Below are positions 9,771 to 19,743 of a stretch of DNA of 64,000 nt, in pieces; the first letter of the stretch is position 1, and each line of letters opens with the position of its first letter. The DNA is from Parcubacteria bacterium RAAC4_OD1_1 (GTDB lineage: Bacteria; Patescibacteriota; Minisyncoccia; Phycocordibacterales; UBA9973), in NCBI GenBank assembly GCA_000505065.1, contig AWSN01000001.1, positions 132,247-196,246 of the forward strand, written 5' to 3'. The notes below the pieces were generated by a model. That model searched no databases and had not been told where the DNA came from. It worked only from the letters and a program-made list of their open reading frames with translations. Both the position numbers and the translations under genes were made by a program.

Positions 9771-11981
9771 TTAAACTGGCTCGCCTTGGCTCGTATCAGG
9801 TGAGACAGGCCATTTTTCTATCATTAATAATTTTTTATTTTCCTTAAGAAACATACCCCATAATTCTTCTGTGACGAAAGGCATAAATGGATGGAGGATT
9901 TTTAATATTTTTTCTAGTGTGTATAGAAGAAAATGTTTTCTAGATAATATTTCTTTTTCTGCACCATTCTCGAAAATATTTTTACTTTCTTCAAGTATTA
10001 TATCAGCAAAACGTGCCCATGTATATTGATATATTTTTTCTCCAACCAAATAGAACTTATATTCATCCATTTCTTTTGTGATTTCTATTATTAATTTATC
10101 AATTTCATCTATTAATTTTTTATCTACATCTACATAATTATTAAAATTTTCATTTTTTATATTTTCAGTATTTGAAAGTACAAAACGAGTTATATTCCAG
10201 AGTTTATTTGCATAGTTTTTATATGCTCTTATTTTATCTTCTGACATTTTGCTGTCATTTCCGGGTCCTGTCCCTATGATGAGTGACATACGGACAGCAT
10301 CTGCTCCATATTTTGCTGTAAGCTCTAGTGGGTCAAGTGAATTTCCTAGAGACTTACTCATTTTTCTTCCTTGCGCATCTCTTACTATTCCATGTAAATA
10401 AACATTTTTAAAAGGAACTTCTCCAAGTAGATATGTACTCATAAGTATCATTCGAGCAATCCAAAAGAAAAGAATATCATACCCAGTTTCAAGCATATTG
10501 GTAGGGTGGTAAGTTTTAAAGTCAGATGCATTTAAATCTGGCCAGCCTAGGGTCGAGAATGTCCAAAGTCCTGAAGAGAACCAAGTGTCTAGAGTGTCCG
10601 AGTCTTGTTCCCACCCATTACCATTTGGTGTTTCTACTCCACAATATATTTCTTCACCCTTATACCAGACAGGGATACGATGTCCGTACCATATCTGGCG
10701 GGAAATACACCAATCACGTAGATTTTCTATCCAATTATAATAAACTTTTTCAAAACGATTTGGAATGATATTTACCTCTTTACTCCTTACAGCTTCAAGC
10801 ATTAATTCTTTTAAGCTTTTATTATCTCTCTCTTTTATTGGTTTGTTTACATCTATAAACCATTGAAGTTTTGGTAATGGTTCTATTATTCCACCAGTTC
10901 TTTCTGCAGTAGAAATATTTTGTGTTACTTCCTCTTCTTTTTCTAAAAGATTATTTTCTCTCAAAAAATTTACGATTACCTCTCTTGCTTCAATTGTTTT
11001 TTTGTTAAGAATCCTTTCATCTCCTACTGTCATTTTCGCAAATTCATTTATAACTTGTTTTGTATCTAATTTATGTCTTGTTGCAATATCAGCATCTATT
11101 TGTGAGTGAGCGGGGGTGACTCCGAGTGCCCCTGTTCCAAATTCTTTTTCCACAGATTCATCTGCTACTATTTTAATATTTAAAGATACTCCACAAAAAT
11201 CTTTAATTTCATAAGTTTTACCAATATATTTTTTATATCTTTCATCATTAGGGTGTACAGCAACAGCTGTATCTCCAACTTTTGTTTCTGGTCTGGTTGT
11301 AGAAATATAGATAGGGAAGTCATTACTATATTTAAATGTATATAGTTTTGCTTTTCTTTCTTCGTAAACTATTTCATCATCAGAAATTACGGTTTGACCT
11401 TTTGGATCCCAGTTTACGATTCTGTGCCCTCTATAAATAAGTCCATCATCATACATTTTCTTAAATGCAGTTCGGACTGCTAAATTTCTTTTTTCATCCA
11501 AAGTAAAAGCTTCACGAGACCAATCAAGGGATGCTCCCATTTTTTTAGATTGATTTATGATTGTATCATGACTTTCTTGTGCAAATTGATTTACTCTTTT
11601 TAGAAATTCTTCACGACCCAAATCTCCTTTTCTTTTACCTTCTTCTTTCTCTAATATTTTTTCAACTTTTGATTGAGTAGCAATTGCTGCATGATCTGTA
11701 CCTGGAAGCCAAAGCGTCTTATATCCTTTCATACGAGCAAATCTTGTCATAATATCTTCTATTGTAAGAGTCGCAGCGTGACCCAAATGCAGTGTCCCTG
11801 TCACATTTGGAGGAGGGAGAACCATAGAAAAAGTTTCTGCATCTTTATCCGTCATTCCTTTTTCTATACAAACATCTGGATTAAAAAATCCTGATTCTTC
11901 CCACATTTTATAAATACGATCCTCTGTCTCTTTAGGGTCGTATGGCTTCAATAATTTAGGATCTATATTTGACTCATTCAT
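9771..11981 (-). CDS. valS: Valine--tRNA ligase (short form, no C-terminal coiled-coil arm)
   Basis: PPPNVTGTLHLGH, DWCISRQIWYGH, KMSKS; start at MNESNID. Confidence 0.96.
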   Translation of the reverse strand: MNESNIDPKLLKPYDPKETEDRIYKMWEESGFFNPDVCIEKGMTDKDAETFSMVLPPPNVTGTLHLGHAATLTIEDIMTRFARMKGYKTLWLPGTDHAAIATQSKVEKILEKEEGKRKGDLGREEFLKRVNQFAQESHDTIINQSKKMGASLDWSREAFTLDEKRNLAVRTAFKKMYDDGLIYRGHRIVNWDPKGQTVISDDEIVYEERKAKLYTFKYSNDFPIYISTTRPETKVGDTAVAVHPNDERYKKYIGKTYEIKDFCGVSLNIKIVADESVEKEFGTGALGVTPAHSQIDADIATRHKLDTKQVINEFAKMTVGDERILNKKTIEAREVIVNFLRENNLLEKEEEVTQNISTAERTGGIIEPLPKLQWFIDVNKPIKERDNKSLKELMLEAVRSKEVNIIPNRFEKVYYNWIENLRDWCISRQIWYGHRIPVWYKGEEIYCGVETPNGNGWEQDSDTLDTWFSSGLWTFSTLGWPDLNASDFKTYHPTNMLETGYDILFFWIARMILMSTYLLGEVPFKNVYLHGIVRDAQGRKMSKSLGNSLDPLELTAKYGADAVRMSLIIGTGPGNDSKMSEDKIRAYKNYANKLWNITRFVLSNTENIKNENFNNYVDVDKKLIDEIDKLIIEITKEMDEYKFYLVGEKIYQYTWARFADIILEESKNIFENGAEKEILSRKHFLLYTLEKILKILHPFMPFVTEELWGMFLKENKKLLMIEKWPVSPDTSQGEPV

Positions 11982-12003
11982 AAGTAAAATATAGCATATT
12001 TTA

Positions 12004-13188
12004 CTATAAAGATAAATTCCCATTGGCTTTGATGGAGCCCAGTTTTGTTGTATATTTTTTATTTTTATATTGGTAGTATCCTGCGATGGCGATCATAAGA
12101 GCATTGTCTCCTGTGTGGCCACGGCCCGGGAAGTGGGCTTTGATCTTTAGGAAGTCCGACTTCCTAACTTTTTTAATTTCATTAGTTATAACTTTTTTAA
12201 GTTGAGGAGAAGCAGAGACTCCACCTCCCACTATTAGGGTTTTGATTTTATATTCCCTTATTGCTTTCATTGTTTTATAAGAAAGCACTTCAAATGCTGC
12301 ATCTTCAAATTCTTTGGCAATTTTTCTTTTTATATCATCTGTAAGTTCTCCGATATCTCGTATCATATAAAGCACAGCAGTTTTAAGTCCTGAAAAAGAA
12401 AAATCATAATCTTTTGAATACATCATCGGACGGGGGAGTTTTATTTCTAGTATTTCACTCGAAATGTTATTCCCGTCAGCACGCAATAAATTTCTGCTGA
12501 AATTTTTGCTCGTGCTCGGCCCGTCGGCCTGCGCAAGGCTTTCTGGAACAACATTCTCTCGTTCCATACTAGCTAATTTTCCAATCTCTGGTCCGCCCGG
12601 GTAAGGGAGCCCCATCATACGAGCGACTTTGTCGAAAGCTTCTCCAACGGCATCATCGCGAGTTTGCCCAATTTTTTTGTATTTCATCCAATTTTTTATA
12701 AAAACAAGTTCCGTGTGTCCACCAGAAACAAGAAGTGTAAGCATTGGGAACAGTTCTTTGGTGTTTTTAATTGTGAAATTTTTTCCTTTTTTAGGAAATA
12801 TAGAAAATATATGTCCCTCCATATGGTTTACGGGTACTATTGGTAATTTATATTTTGAGGATAATTCTTTTGCAAAGACTATTCCAGTCCAAAGTGCAGG
12901 CTCAAGCCCTGGTCCAGTAGTGACAGCGATTGCATTTATTTTTTTATTAATATCTTTTTCTCTAATTTTTGCTTTTCTTAAAACTTTTTCAAATACAAGT
13001 GGCAGATTTTTTATATGCTCTCTTTTAGCAAGAGCAGGATAGACACCACCATATTCTTTATGGATATCTATCTGTGAAGAAACTTCATTTCCAAGTATTT
13101 TAAATTTTGTAGTTTTACCCTGTTGTTTAATCTCCACTATTGCTATGGCAGTCTCATCACAAGATGTTTCTATGGCTAATATTTTCAT
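12004..13188 (-). CDS. tsaD: tRNA N6-adenosine threonylcarbamoyltransferase TsaD
   Basis: ILAIETSCDET, NHMEGH, LLVSGGHT, DDAVGEAFDK, FSFSGLKT. Confidence 0.96.
   Translation of the reverse strand: MKILAIETSCDETAIAIVEIKQQGKTTKFKILGNEVSSQIDIHKEYGGVYPALAKREHIKNLPLVFEKVLRKAKIREKDINKKINAIAVTTGPGLEPALWTGIVFAKELSSKYKLPIVPVNHMEGHIFSIFPKKGKNFTIKNTKELFPMLTLLVSGGHTELVFIKNWMKYKKIGQTRDDAVGEAFDKVARMMGLPYPGGPEIGKLASMERENVVPESLAQADGPSTSKNFSRNLLRADGNNISSEILEIKLPRPMMYSKDYDFSFSGLKTAVLYMIRDIGELTDDIKRKIAKEFEDAAFEVLSYKTMKAIREYKIKTLIVGGGVSASPQLKKVITNEIKKVRKSDFLKIKAHFPGRGHTGDNALMIAIAGYYQYKNKKYTTKLGSIKANGNLSL
12147..12167. repeat. Intragenic palindrome in tsaD
   Basis: TTAGGAAGT-CCG-ACTTCCTAA, perfect arms. Confidence 0.85.
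12458..12561. mobile_element. ~105-bp structured element inserted in frame in tsaD
   Basis: Outer stem AATGTTATTCC/GGAACAACATT, inner hairpin with TGCT loop; motifs shared with 34056-34175 and 63682-63792. Confidence 0.65.
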
Positions 13189-13245
13189 GAAAATACTATA
13201 ACATAAGGGTTTTTATTTGGCTATTATTTGTGGTAGAATTGAAAT

Positions 13246-13824
13246 ATGGAAAAGAAACATATTATAACTATCGCAGGTAAGCTTGGAAGTGGTAAATCTT
13301 CTACTGCTAAAAAGGTTGCAGAGATTTTGGGATATGAACATAAATCCACAGGAGATTTTATGAGAGAGATAGCAATAAATAGGGGTGTTTCTTTAGGAGA
13401 TTTAAGTGTAATAGCTGAAAATGATCCTTCTATTGATAAAGAGCTTGATGATCATAATTTAAATATTGGGACAAAAGATAATGTTGTTTTAGATTCAAGA
13501 CTTGGTTTTCATTTTATTCCCAATTCCTTTAAAGTTTTTTTAGAATTAGATGAAGCTACTTCAGCAGAAAGAATTTTAAAAGATAAACTCAGTAATCCAA
13601 ATAGAAATACAGAAGCTACTGGAGGTTTTGATACAATTAAAAATATTAAAGAAAAAATAAAACTAAGATTAGAAAGTGAAAAGAAGAGATATAAAGATTT
13701 ATATAATATAAAAGATCATACCATTCATTCTAATTTTGATTTAGTTATAAATACAAAAGAGGTTTCACTTGAAGAAGTTTCAAAAAGAGTCATAGAAGAA
13801 TATAATAATTGGCTTAATAAATAA
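13246..13824 (+). CDS. cmk: Cytidylate kinase (archaeal-like type)
   Basis: ITIAGKLGSGKSS P-loop, VVLDSRLG, RYKDLYNI, FDLVINT. Confidence 0.8.
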   Translation: MEKKHIITIAGKLGSGKSSTAKKVAEILGYEHKSTGDFMREIAINRGVSLGDLSVIAENDPSIDKELDDHNLNIGTKDNVVLDSRLGFHFIPNSFKVFLELDEATSAERILKDKLSNPNRNTEATGGFDTIKNIKEKIKLRLESEKKRYKDLYNIKDHTIHSNFDLVINTKEVSLEEVSKRVIEEYNNWLNK

Positions 13825-13830
13825 AACGAG

Positions 13831-15285
13831 ATGAAAATACTAAATGAAATTTTAAAAGATATCATAATTTTAGAGTCAAAGGGAAACGTTGATACCCCTG
13901 TTTCTTCTGTGTCTTTAGATTCGAGAGATATAGAGCCCCATTCTTTGTTTGTTGCACTTATTGGTAATGTTTTAGACGGGCATTCTTTTATAGATGAAGT
14001 TGTTGAAAAAGGGGCCAAAGTTATAGTTCATGAGAAGGATTTAAGTGAATATAAATCTGGCGTGACTTATATTAAAGTAAAAGATACTCATGAAGCAGTT
14101 GGTATTATTGCAAGTAATTTTTATGGCAATCCGTCCAAGCATTTAAAGCTTGTTGGTGTGACAGGGACAAATGGTAAAACGACAACTGCAACACTTCTTC
14201 ATCAATTATTTAGAAATCTTGGTTATAAAGCTGGGATGATCGGCACAATAGTAAATAAAGTAAATGATGAATCTTATGAAGCTAAACGTACGACCCCAGA
14301 TCCTATTTCTCTAAATAAAATTCTTGCTGAAATGGTGGATAAAGGTTGCGAATATGTATTTATGGAAGTATCTTCTCATTCTATTTCAGAAAAAAGAGTT
14401 TCGGGTCTTTCTTTTGTAGGTGGAATATTTACAAACCTTACCCTTGATCATTTGGATTATCACAAGACTATAGAAAGTTATGCTGAAGCGAAAAAAGGTT
14501 TCTTTGATATGATTCCTAGTTCTGGTTTTGCAATTGCAAATATAGATGATGATATGGGGGAATATATGCTTTCTACTACTAAAGCAAAAAAATATGTATT
14601 TGGGTTAAAAAATGCAGAGGTCAGACCTATGCAAATTTTGCAGAGGTCAGACCTCTGCGGATCAGACCTCTGCGGATATTTTAATGAAAGATTAGAAACA
14701 AAATTAATTGGTGAATTTAATGCTTACAATATTTTAGGAATTTATGCTGTAGCGGTTTTGCTTGGACAAGATAAAGAAAAAATAAAAGAAATTATTAAAG
14801 ACTTAGATGGAGCTCCTGGCAGATTTCAAGCGATAAAAAATAACGATGGAATTATTGGAATTGTAGATTATGCTCATACTCCAGATGCATTAGAGAATGT
14901 TTTAAAAACTGCTAATGGTATAAAAAAAGATGGCAGGCTTATTGCTTTGGTTGGTTGTGGTGGAGATAGAGATAGAAGTAAAAGGCCGATAATGGCTCGT
15001 ATCGGATATGATTTAGCAGATATACTTATCCTTACATCTGATAATCCTCGCACCGAGAAGCCAGAAGATATTCTTATGGAAATGCAGAAAGGTTTACCTC
15101 TTGAAGCATTAGACAAAGTGGAAATAATTGTAGATAGGCATATGGCAATAGAAAAAGCATGCTCCATAGCAAAATCTGGAGATATCATTTTGGTTGCAGG
15201 AAAAGGTCACGAGAATTATCAAGAGGTCAATGGAGTTAAACACCATTTTGATGATTTGGAAGAGTTAGAAAAATATTTAAAATAA
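13831..15285 (+). CDS. murE: UDP-MurNAc-tripeptide synthetase (mDAP-type)
   Basis: GVTGTNGKTT, MEVSSH, VDYAHTPDAL, DNPR, GKGHENYQ. Confidence 0.96.
   Translation: MKILNEILKDIIILESKGNVDTPVSSVSLDSRDIEPHSLFVALIGNVLDGHSFIDEVVEKGAKVIVHEKDLSEYKSGVTYIKVKDTHEAVGIIASNFYGNPSKHLKLVGVTGTNGKTTTATLLHQLFRNLGYKAGMIGTIVNKVNDESYEAKRTTPDPISLNKILAEMVDKGCEYVFMEVSSHSISEKRVSGLSFVGGIFTNLTLDHLDYHKTIESYAEAKKGFFDMIPSSGFAIANIDDDMGEYMLSTTKAKKYVFGLKNAEVRPMQILQRSDLCGSDLCGYFNERLETKLIGEFNAYNILGIYAVAVLLGQDKEKIKEIIKDLDGAPGRFQAIKNNDGIIGIVDYAHTPDALENVLKTANGIKKDGRLIALVGCGGDRDRSKRPIMARIGYDLADILILTSDNPRTEKPEDILMEMQKGLPLEALDKVEIIVDRHMAIEKACSIAKSGDIILVAGKGHENYQEVNGVKHHFDDLEELEKYLK
14613..14676. repeat. Intragenic palindromes plus 15-bp tandem duplication in murE
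   Basis: TGCAGAGGT-CAG-ACCTATGCA, GCAGAGGT-CAG-ACCTCTGC, TCAGACCTCTGCGGA x2 (14647-14676). Confidence 0.9.
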
Positions 15286-16680
15286 ATGCAAAATTATAAA
15301 CAATTTTTTAAAGGGAAGAAGATTACAGTCATGGGGCTTGGGATACTTGGGCGTGGGGTAGGGTATACTAAGTTCTTGGCAGAGTGTGGTGCGGATTTAA
15401 TAGTGACAGACCTAAAGACTAAAGAACAACTCGCTATTTCAATTAAAGCTTTAGAAAAATTCTCCAGTCCTAAGCAAGGCTTGGGACCGATAAAATTTAT
15501 ATTAGGGGAACATAGGTTAGAAGATTTCAAGGGTAGGGATATGATTATAAAAGCTGCTGGGGTACCGTTTGATTCTATTTACATAAAAGAAGCTAAGAAA
15601 AATAATATTCCTATCGAGATGGATGTCTCACTGTTTGCTAAACTTGCGAGAGATGTAAAGATAGTAGGTGTGACAGGGACTCGTGGAAAAAGTATGACAA
15701 CAACTTTGATATATGAAATTCTATCAAAGAATATTAAAGATCAAAAAGTTTATATTGGTGGCAATCTTCGAGGAGTTGCCACATTGCCATTACTCAAAAA
15801 AGTAAAAGATGGAGATATTTTAATTTGTGAGCTAGATTCTTGGCAACTTCAAGGGTTTGGAGATAGTAAAATATCTCCAAACATTTCCGTCTTTACTTCT
15901 TTTATGCCTGATCATATGAATTATTATAAAAATAGTATGGAAAAGTATTTTGATGATAAGGCAAATATTTTTAAATATCAAAAAAAAGATGATGTTCTAA
16001 TAATTCGTCCAGGGATGAAAAGTTTTATAAAGAAATCTAATGTTAAAGGAAAATTAATTGTAATTAATCCAAACGATGTTATAGCTTGGAAATTTAATGT
16101 ATTAGGAGCTCACCATAGAGAGAATTTAGCATGTGCGGTAGAAGTAGCGAAGCAATTTGATATACCAATTTCTAAAATCAAAAAAACTGTAGCAGATTTT
16201 AAAGACTTAGAAGGTAGAATGCAATTACTTAGAGTTTATAAGGGGATAAAGATTTATAATGACAACAATGCCACAACCCCCGAAGCAACGATTGCAGGGC
16301 TTGAAGCCTTAAGTGATCAGCCAAAGGCCTTGCCTATGGCTAGCCATAGGCAAGGCCTTTGGCAAAAAAACATTATTCTTATTTGTGGTGGTGCTGATAA
16401 AAATTTACCACTTGAGAATCTTGTAAAAGTTGTAAATAAGAATTGTAAATTTATTTCTTTGATTCCTGGAGGCGGAACTGATAGGTTGTTGTCTAATAAA
16501 AATTTAAAAGTAAAAAGTTATAAAGGAACTGATTTTAAAGATATAATAATTACAGCAATTAATAATGCAAAAAGGGGAGATATCGTGATTCTTTCTCCAT
16601 CATTTGCTTCGTTTGGGATGTTTAATAATGAGTATGAAAGAAATGATTTATTTATGAAAATAGTCAAAAATTTAAAATGA
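15286..16680 (+). CDS. murD: UDP-MurNAc-L-Ala--D-Glu ligase
   Basis: GLGILG, GVTGTRGKS, ELDSWQL, DHMNYY, LSPSFASFGMF. Confidence 0.95.
   Translation: MQNYKQFFKGKKITVMGLGILGRGVGYTKFLAECGADLIVTDLKTKEQLAISIKALEKFSSPKQGLGPIKFILGEHRLEDFKGRDMIIKAAGVPFDSIYIKEAKKNNIPIEMDVSLFAKLARDVKIVGVTGTRGKSMTTTLIYEILSKNIKDQKVYIGGNLRGVATLPLLKKVKDGDILICELDSWQLQGFGDSKISPNISVFTSFMPDHMNYYKNSMEKYFDDKANIFKYQKKDDVLIIRPGMKSFIKKSNVKGKLIVINPNDVIAWKFNVLGAHHRENLACAVEVAKQFDIPISKIKKTVADFKDLEGRMQLLRVYKGIKIYNDNNATTPEATIAGLEALSDQPKALPMASHRQGLWQKNIILICGGADKNLPLENLVKVVNKNCKFISLIPGGGTDRLLSNKNLKVKSYKGTDFKDIIITAINNAKRGDIVILSPSFASFGMFNNEYERNDLFMKIVKNLK
15467..15487. repeat. Intragenic palindrome in murD
   Basis: GTCCTAAGC-AAG-GCTTGGGAC; nearly identical to the unit at 50095-50119. 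Confidence 0.85.
16320..16363. repeat. Perfect 44-bp intragenic palindrome in murD
   Basis: GCCAAAGGCCTTGCCTATGGCT|AGCCATAGGCAAGGCCTTTGGC. Confidence 0.95.
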
Positions 16681-16681
16681 T

Positions 16682-17257
16682 ATGGATGAAATTAAGATTT
16701 TAAATTCTAAAATATTTATATATAAAAATTATGAAAATGATTTTAAAGATGTTGTTACTCCTAATTTAATCCATTCTGATAATATTTTGGAAGTAAAAGA
16801 TGGAAAAGAAAAAATGGATAATTTAGATGGTATTTTTACTTCAAACAAAGAAATAAAAATAGGAATTAAAACAGCAGATTGTGCGCCTGTATGTTATTTC
16901 GATGGAGAGAAAATAGGAATTGCTCATATAGGGTGGCCAGGTTTATGTACTGAACTTAATAAAAAAATGCTTTCAAATTTTAATACAAAAAACCTTAAAA
17001 TATTTATTGGCCCATTTATACATAGATTTGAAATAAAAAAAGATTTTTGTTTTGATAAACTAAAAGGTGATTTTAGTATGTTTATGGATTATGAAGGTGA
17101 TAAAATATTTTTTAATTTTAAAGATGCATTATTGTCTCAATTTAAAAGTCTTAATGTTATAATAGATGGAAGAGATACATTTATGGATTTATCTTTGCCA
17201 AGTTATCGTAGAGATAAAACAAAAGATAGATTATTAACAGTTATAAGTTTTAATTAA
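16682..17257 (+). CDS. YfiH/PgeF (laccase-domain) family protein
   Basis: DGIFT, TADCAPV, AHIGWPG, IGPFI, SYRR motifs. Confidence 0.85.
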   Translation: MDEIKILNSKIFIYKNYENDFKDVVTPNLIHSDNILEVKDGKEKMDNLDGIFTSNKEIKIGIKTADCAPVCYFDGEKIGIAHIGWPGLCTELNKKMLSNFNTKNLKIFIGPFIHRFEIKKDFCFDKLKGDFSMFMDYEGDKIFFNFKDALLSQFKSLNVIIDGRDTFMDLSLPSYRRDKTKDRLLTVISFN

Positions 17258-17258
17258 T

Positions 17259-17498
17259 ATGAAAAAATTAGAAATTGGGGAGATATATAAACATTATAAG
17301 GGGACGAAGGTGAAGGTCCTCGGGGAGTGTCTACATAGTGAGACTCTGGAGTGTATGGTTATTTATATACACTTAGAAGATGGGGCGACTTGGGTAAGAC
17401 CAAAGAAAATGTTTCTAGAAAATATAAAGGTTGGGAATAAAAAGGTTGAAAGATTTAAAAAGATTAAATCAAGAATTTTAATTAAGCCCGGGAAATAA
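17259..17498 (+). CDS. DUF1653-like protein
   Basis: YKHYKG, HSETLE, WVRPKKMF. Confidence 0.85.
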   Translation: MKKLEIGEIYKHYKGTKVKVLGECLHSETLECMVIYIHLEDGATWVRPKKMFLENIKVGNKKVERFKKIKSRILIKPGK

Positions 17499-17501
17499 AA
17501 T

Positions 17502-18182
17502 ATGCATAAAATTTCTGTAATTATACCTGCTCATAATGAAGAGGGGTATATAGGAAAAACTATTGAAGTATTAAATAAAAATAATGTTTCTTTTGAGCTG
17601 ATTGTTGTATGTGATTCTTGTAAAGACAATACAGGAGAAATTGCTAAGCAATATACCGATATGGTTTTTAATGTGGATTTTCAGACTGTTTCAAAAAATA
17701 GAAACTTTGGAGTCAGTAAATCCTCGGGAGATGTTTTGGTATTTTTAGATGCAGATACTATTGTTTCAGATAATTATTTGAGTGAGATTTCTAAAATGAT
17801 TGAAACTTACGATATGGGTTGTGCAAAATGGAAAAGTGAGAGCAATACAATATTAGGTAATTATATAGTGTGGCTTACAAATAGATATAATAGAAAAAAT
17901 ATTGGTGGTAATTTTTTTATAAAGAAAGATTTATTTAATAAACTTGGGGGATTTAATGAGAGTATGAAAAGAGGTGAGGACACAGACCTTGGGGAGAGGG
18001 CAAGAAAGATAGGAACTCATTATGTATTTATGGAGAATTGTTTTATAATTCCAAGTGAGAGGAGATATAGGGAGAATGGGTATTTAAAGATGATCATTAA
18101 ATCAGGGGTTTGGGGTTTCTTTTATAAAAATTTTAGAAATTATTATAATAAAAAGATAGGGAGTAAATTTTATGAGCAATAA
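17502..18182 (+). CDS. Glycosyltransferase family 2
   Basis: SVIIPAHNEE, FLDAD, GGFNE..GEDTD. Confidence 0.92.
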   Translation: MHKISVIIPAHNEEGYIGKTIEVLNKNNVSFELIVVCDSCKDNTGEIAKQYTDMVFNVDFQTVSKNRNFGVSKSSGDVLVFLDADTIVSDNYLSEISKMIETYDMGCAKWKSESNTILGNYIVWLTNRYNRKNIGGNFFIKKDLFNKLGGFNESMKRGEDTDLGERARKIGTHYVFMENCFIIPSERRYRENGYLKMIIKSGVWGFFYKNFRNYYNKKIGSKFYEQ

Positions 18183-18789
18183 AAAACAAATTATATATGT
18201 TGGTGGGGGAAATGCTTTTGAAAAAAAAGAAGATTTTTATGAATATCTTAAAGAATATGAATTAGACCCTTATGATAAAAATAAAAGATGGACCAGAGAA
18301 TTGCCTGTTATTTTGGAAGATAAATTTGATTATTTTAAAATTGAAATGCCCTCAAAAGATGAGGCTGATTATATAGCTTGGAAAATTTGGTTTGAAAAAT
18401 ATTTGAAATTTTTAAATGACAAAGAAACAATTTTGATGGGATATTCGCAAGGTGGTACTTTTTTGTTAAAATACTTATCAGAAAATTTATTTCCAAAAAG
18501 AGTTAAGCAAATTCATTTAATTGCACCATTTGTTAAAGAAAACAATTTTGAAAAATATAAGTTAATGAATTTTAAATTTGATTTATCTAAAATTAATAGA
18601 ATTAATGAAATTTGTGATGATGTTCATATATGGTATTCATCGGATGATTTTCTTGTTTTACCAGATAATTCTGAAATTGTTATAAAAAACATACCAAAAA
18701 TCGTTATTCATAAATTTGATGACAGAAATCATTTTTTTCAAGAAGCTTTCCCAGAATTATTAGAAGTAATAAATAAGTCAATTTTATGA
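18172..18789 (+). CDS. Alpha/beta hydrolase (YdeN/RBBP9-like)
   Basis: GYSQGG nucleophile elbow, SSDD, NHF. Confidence 0.8.
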   Translation: MSNKKQIIYVGGGNAFEKKEDFYEYLKEYELDPYDKNKRWTRELPVILEDKFDYFKIEMPSKDEADYIAWKIWFEKYLKFLNDKETILMGYSQGGTFLLKYLSENLFPKRVKQIHLIAPFVKENNFEKYKLMNFKFDLSKINRINEICDDVHIWYSSDDFLVLPDNSEIVIKNIPKIVIHKFDDRNHFFQEAFPELLEVINKSIL

Positions 18790-19739
18790 TTAAGCCCATT
18801 TTAGTAACTGGTTATGTAAATCCTGACTTAGATGCTGTGGCTGGGTCTATGGCTTATTCGGAGTTTTTAATAAAAAAAGGTATTGAGTGCATTGTTGGTT
18901 TTTTGGGTGAACCTCATGAAGAAGCAAAATATATTTTAAATAGATTTAATATTAAATATCCAGAGCAAATCGAGAATGATGCTAATTTTGAAAAAGTAAT
19001 ATTAGTTGACGCAAGTGATTTAACTGGGTTGGAGAATAGAATTAATCCAGATAAGGTAATTGAGATAATAGACCATAGAAAGGTAAATGAAGCTGATAAA
19101 TTTACTAATGCAAAGGTTCAGATTGAATTAGTTGGCTCTGCTTGCACACTCGTTGCAGAAAAATTTATAGAAAATAAGGTAAATATTTCAAAAGATAGTG
19201 CTATTCTTTTATGTGGAGCTATAATATCTAATACCTTGAATTTTAAAAATAAAGGTGTTACTACGGAAAGAGATATAAAAGCTTTTAAATATTTAAATGA
19301 GATAGCTCTATTGCCTATAGATTTTAAAAAAGACCTTTTTGAATCAAAGTCCGACTTATCTGGAGATAAATTAAAAGAAAGAATTATGGGTGATTTAGCT
19401 TGGTTTAATTTAAGTGGTAAAAGAGTAAGTATTGCTCAATTAGAAATAGTAAATTCCAATAAGATAATTAGTAATAGAGTAGATGAAATTATTGATATAT
19501 TTAATGAAATAAAGAAAGATTTAAAACTTGATTATATATTTTTAAATTTAATAGAGTTAGAAGATGAAAAAAATTTCATCATAACAGATGATATTGAACT
19601 ACAGTCAATTTTGGAAAAAATTTTAAATATAAAATTTGAGTCTAATCTGGCTATAAGAAATGAATTAATAATGAGAAAGCAAATAGTCCCTTTATTTAAA
19701 GATGAATTAGAGAAAATTATAAATAAAGACATAAAATAA
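18786..19739 (+). CDS. Mn-dependent inorganic pyrophosphatase (DHH family, PpaC-like)
   Basis: NPDLDA, ILVD, IIDHR, VGSACT, MRKQIVP. Confidence 0.85.
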   Translation: MIKPILVTGYVNPDLDAVAGSMAYSEFLIKKGIECIVGFLGEPHEEAKYILNRFNIKYPEQIENDANFEKVILVDASDLTGLENRINPDKVIEIIDHRKVNEADKFTNAKVQIELVGSACTLVAEKFIENKVNISKDSAILLCGAIISNTLNFKNKGVTTERDIKAFKYLNEIALLPIDFKKDLFESKSDLSGDKLKERIMGDLAWFNLSGKRVSIAQLEIVNSNKIISNRVDEIIDIFNEIKKDLKLDYIFLNLIELEDEKNFIITDDIELQSILEKILNIKFESNLAIRNELIMRKQIVPLFKDELEKIINKDIK

Positions 19740-19743
19740 ACTT

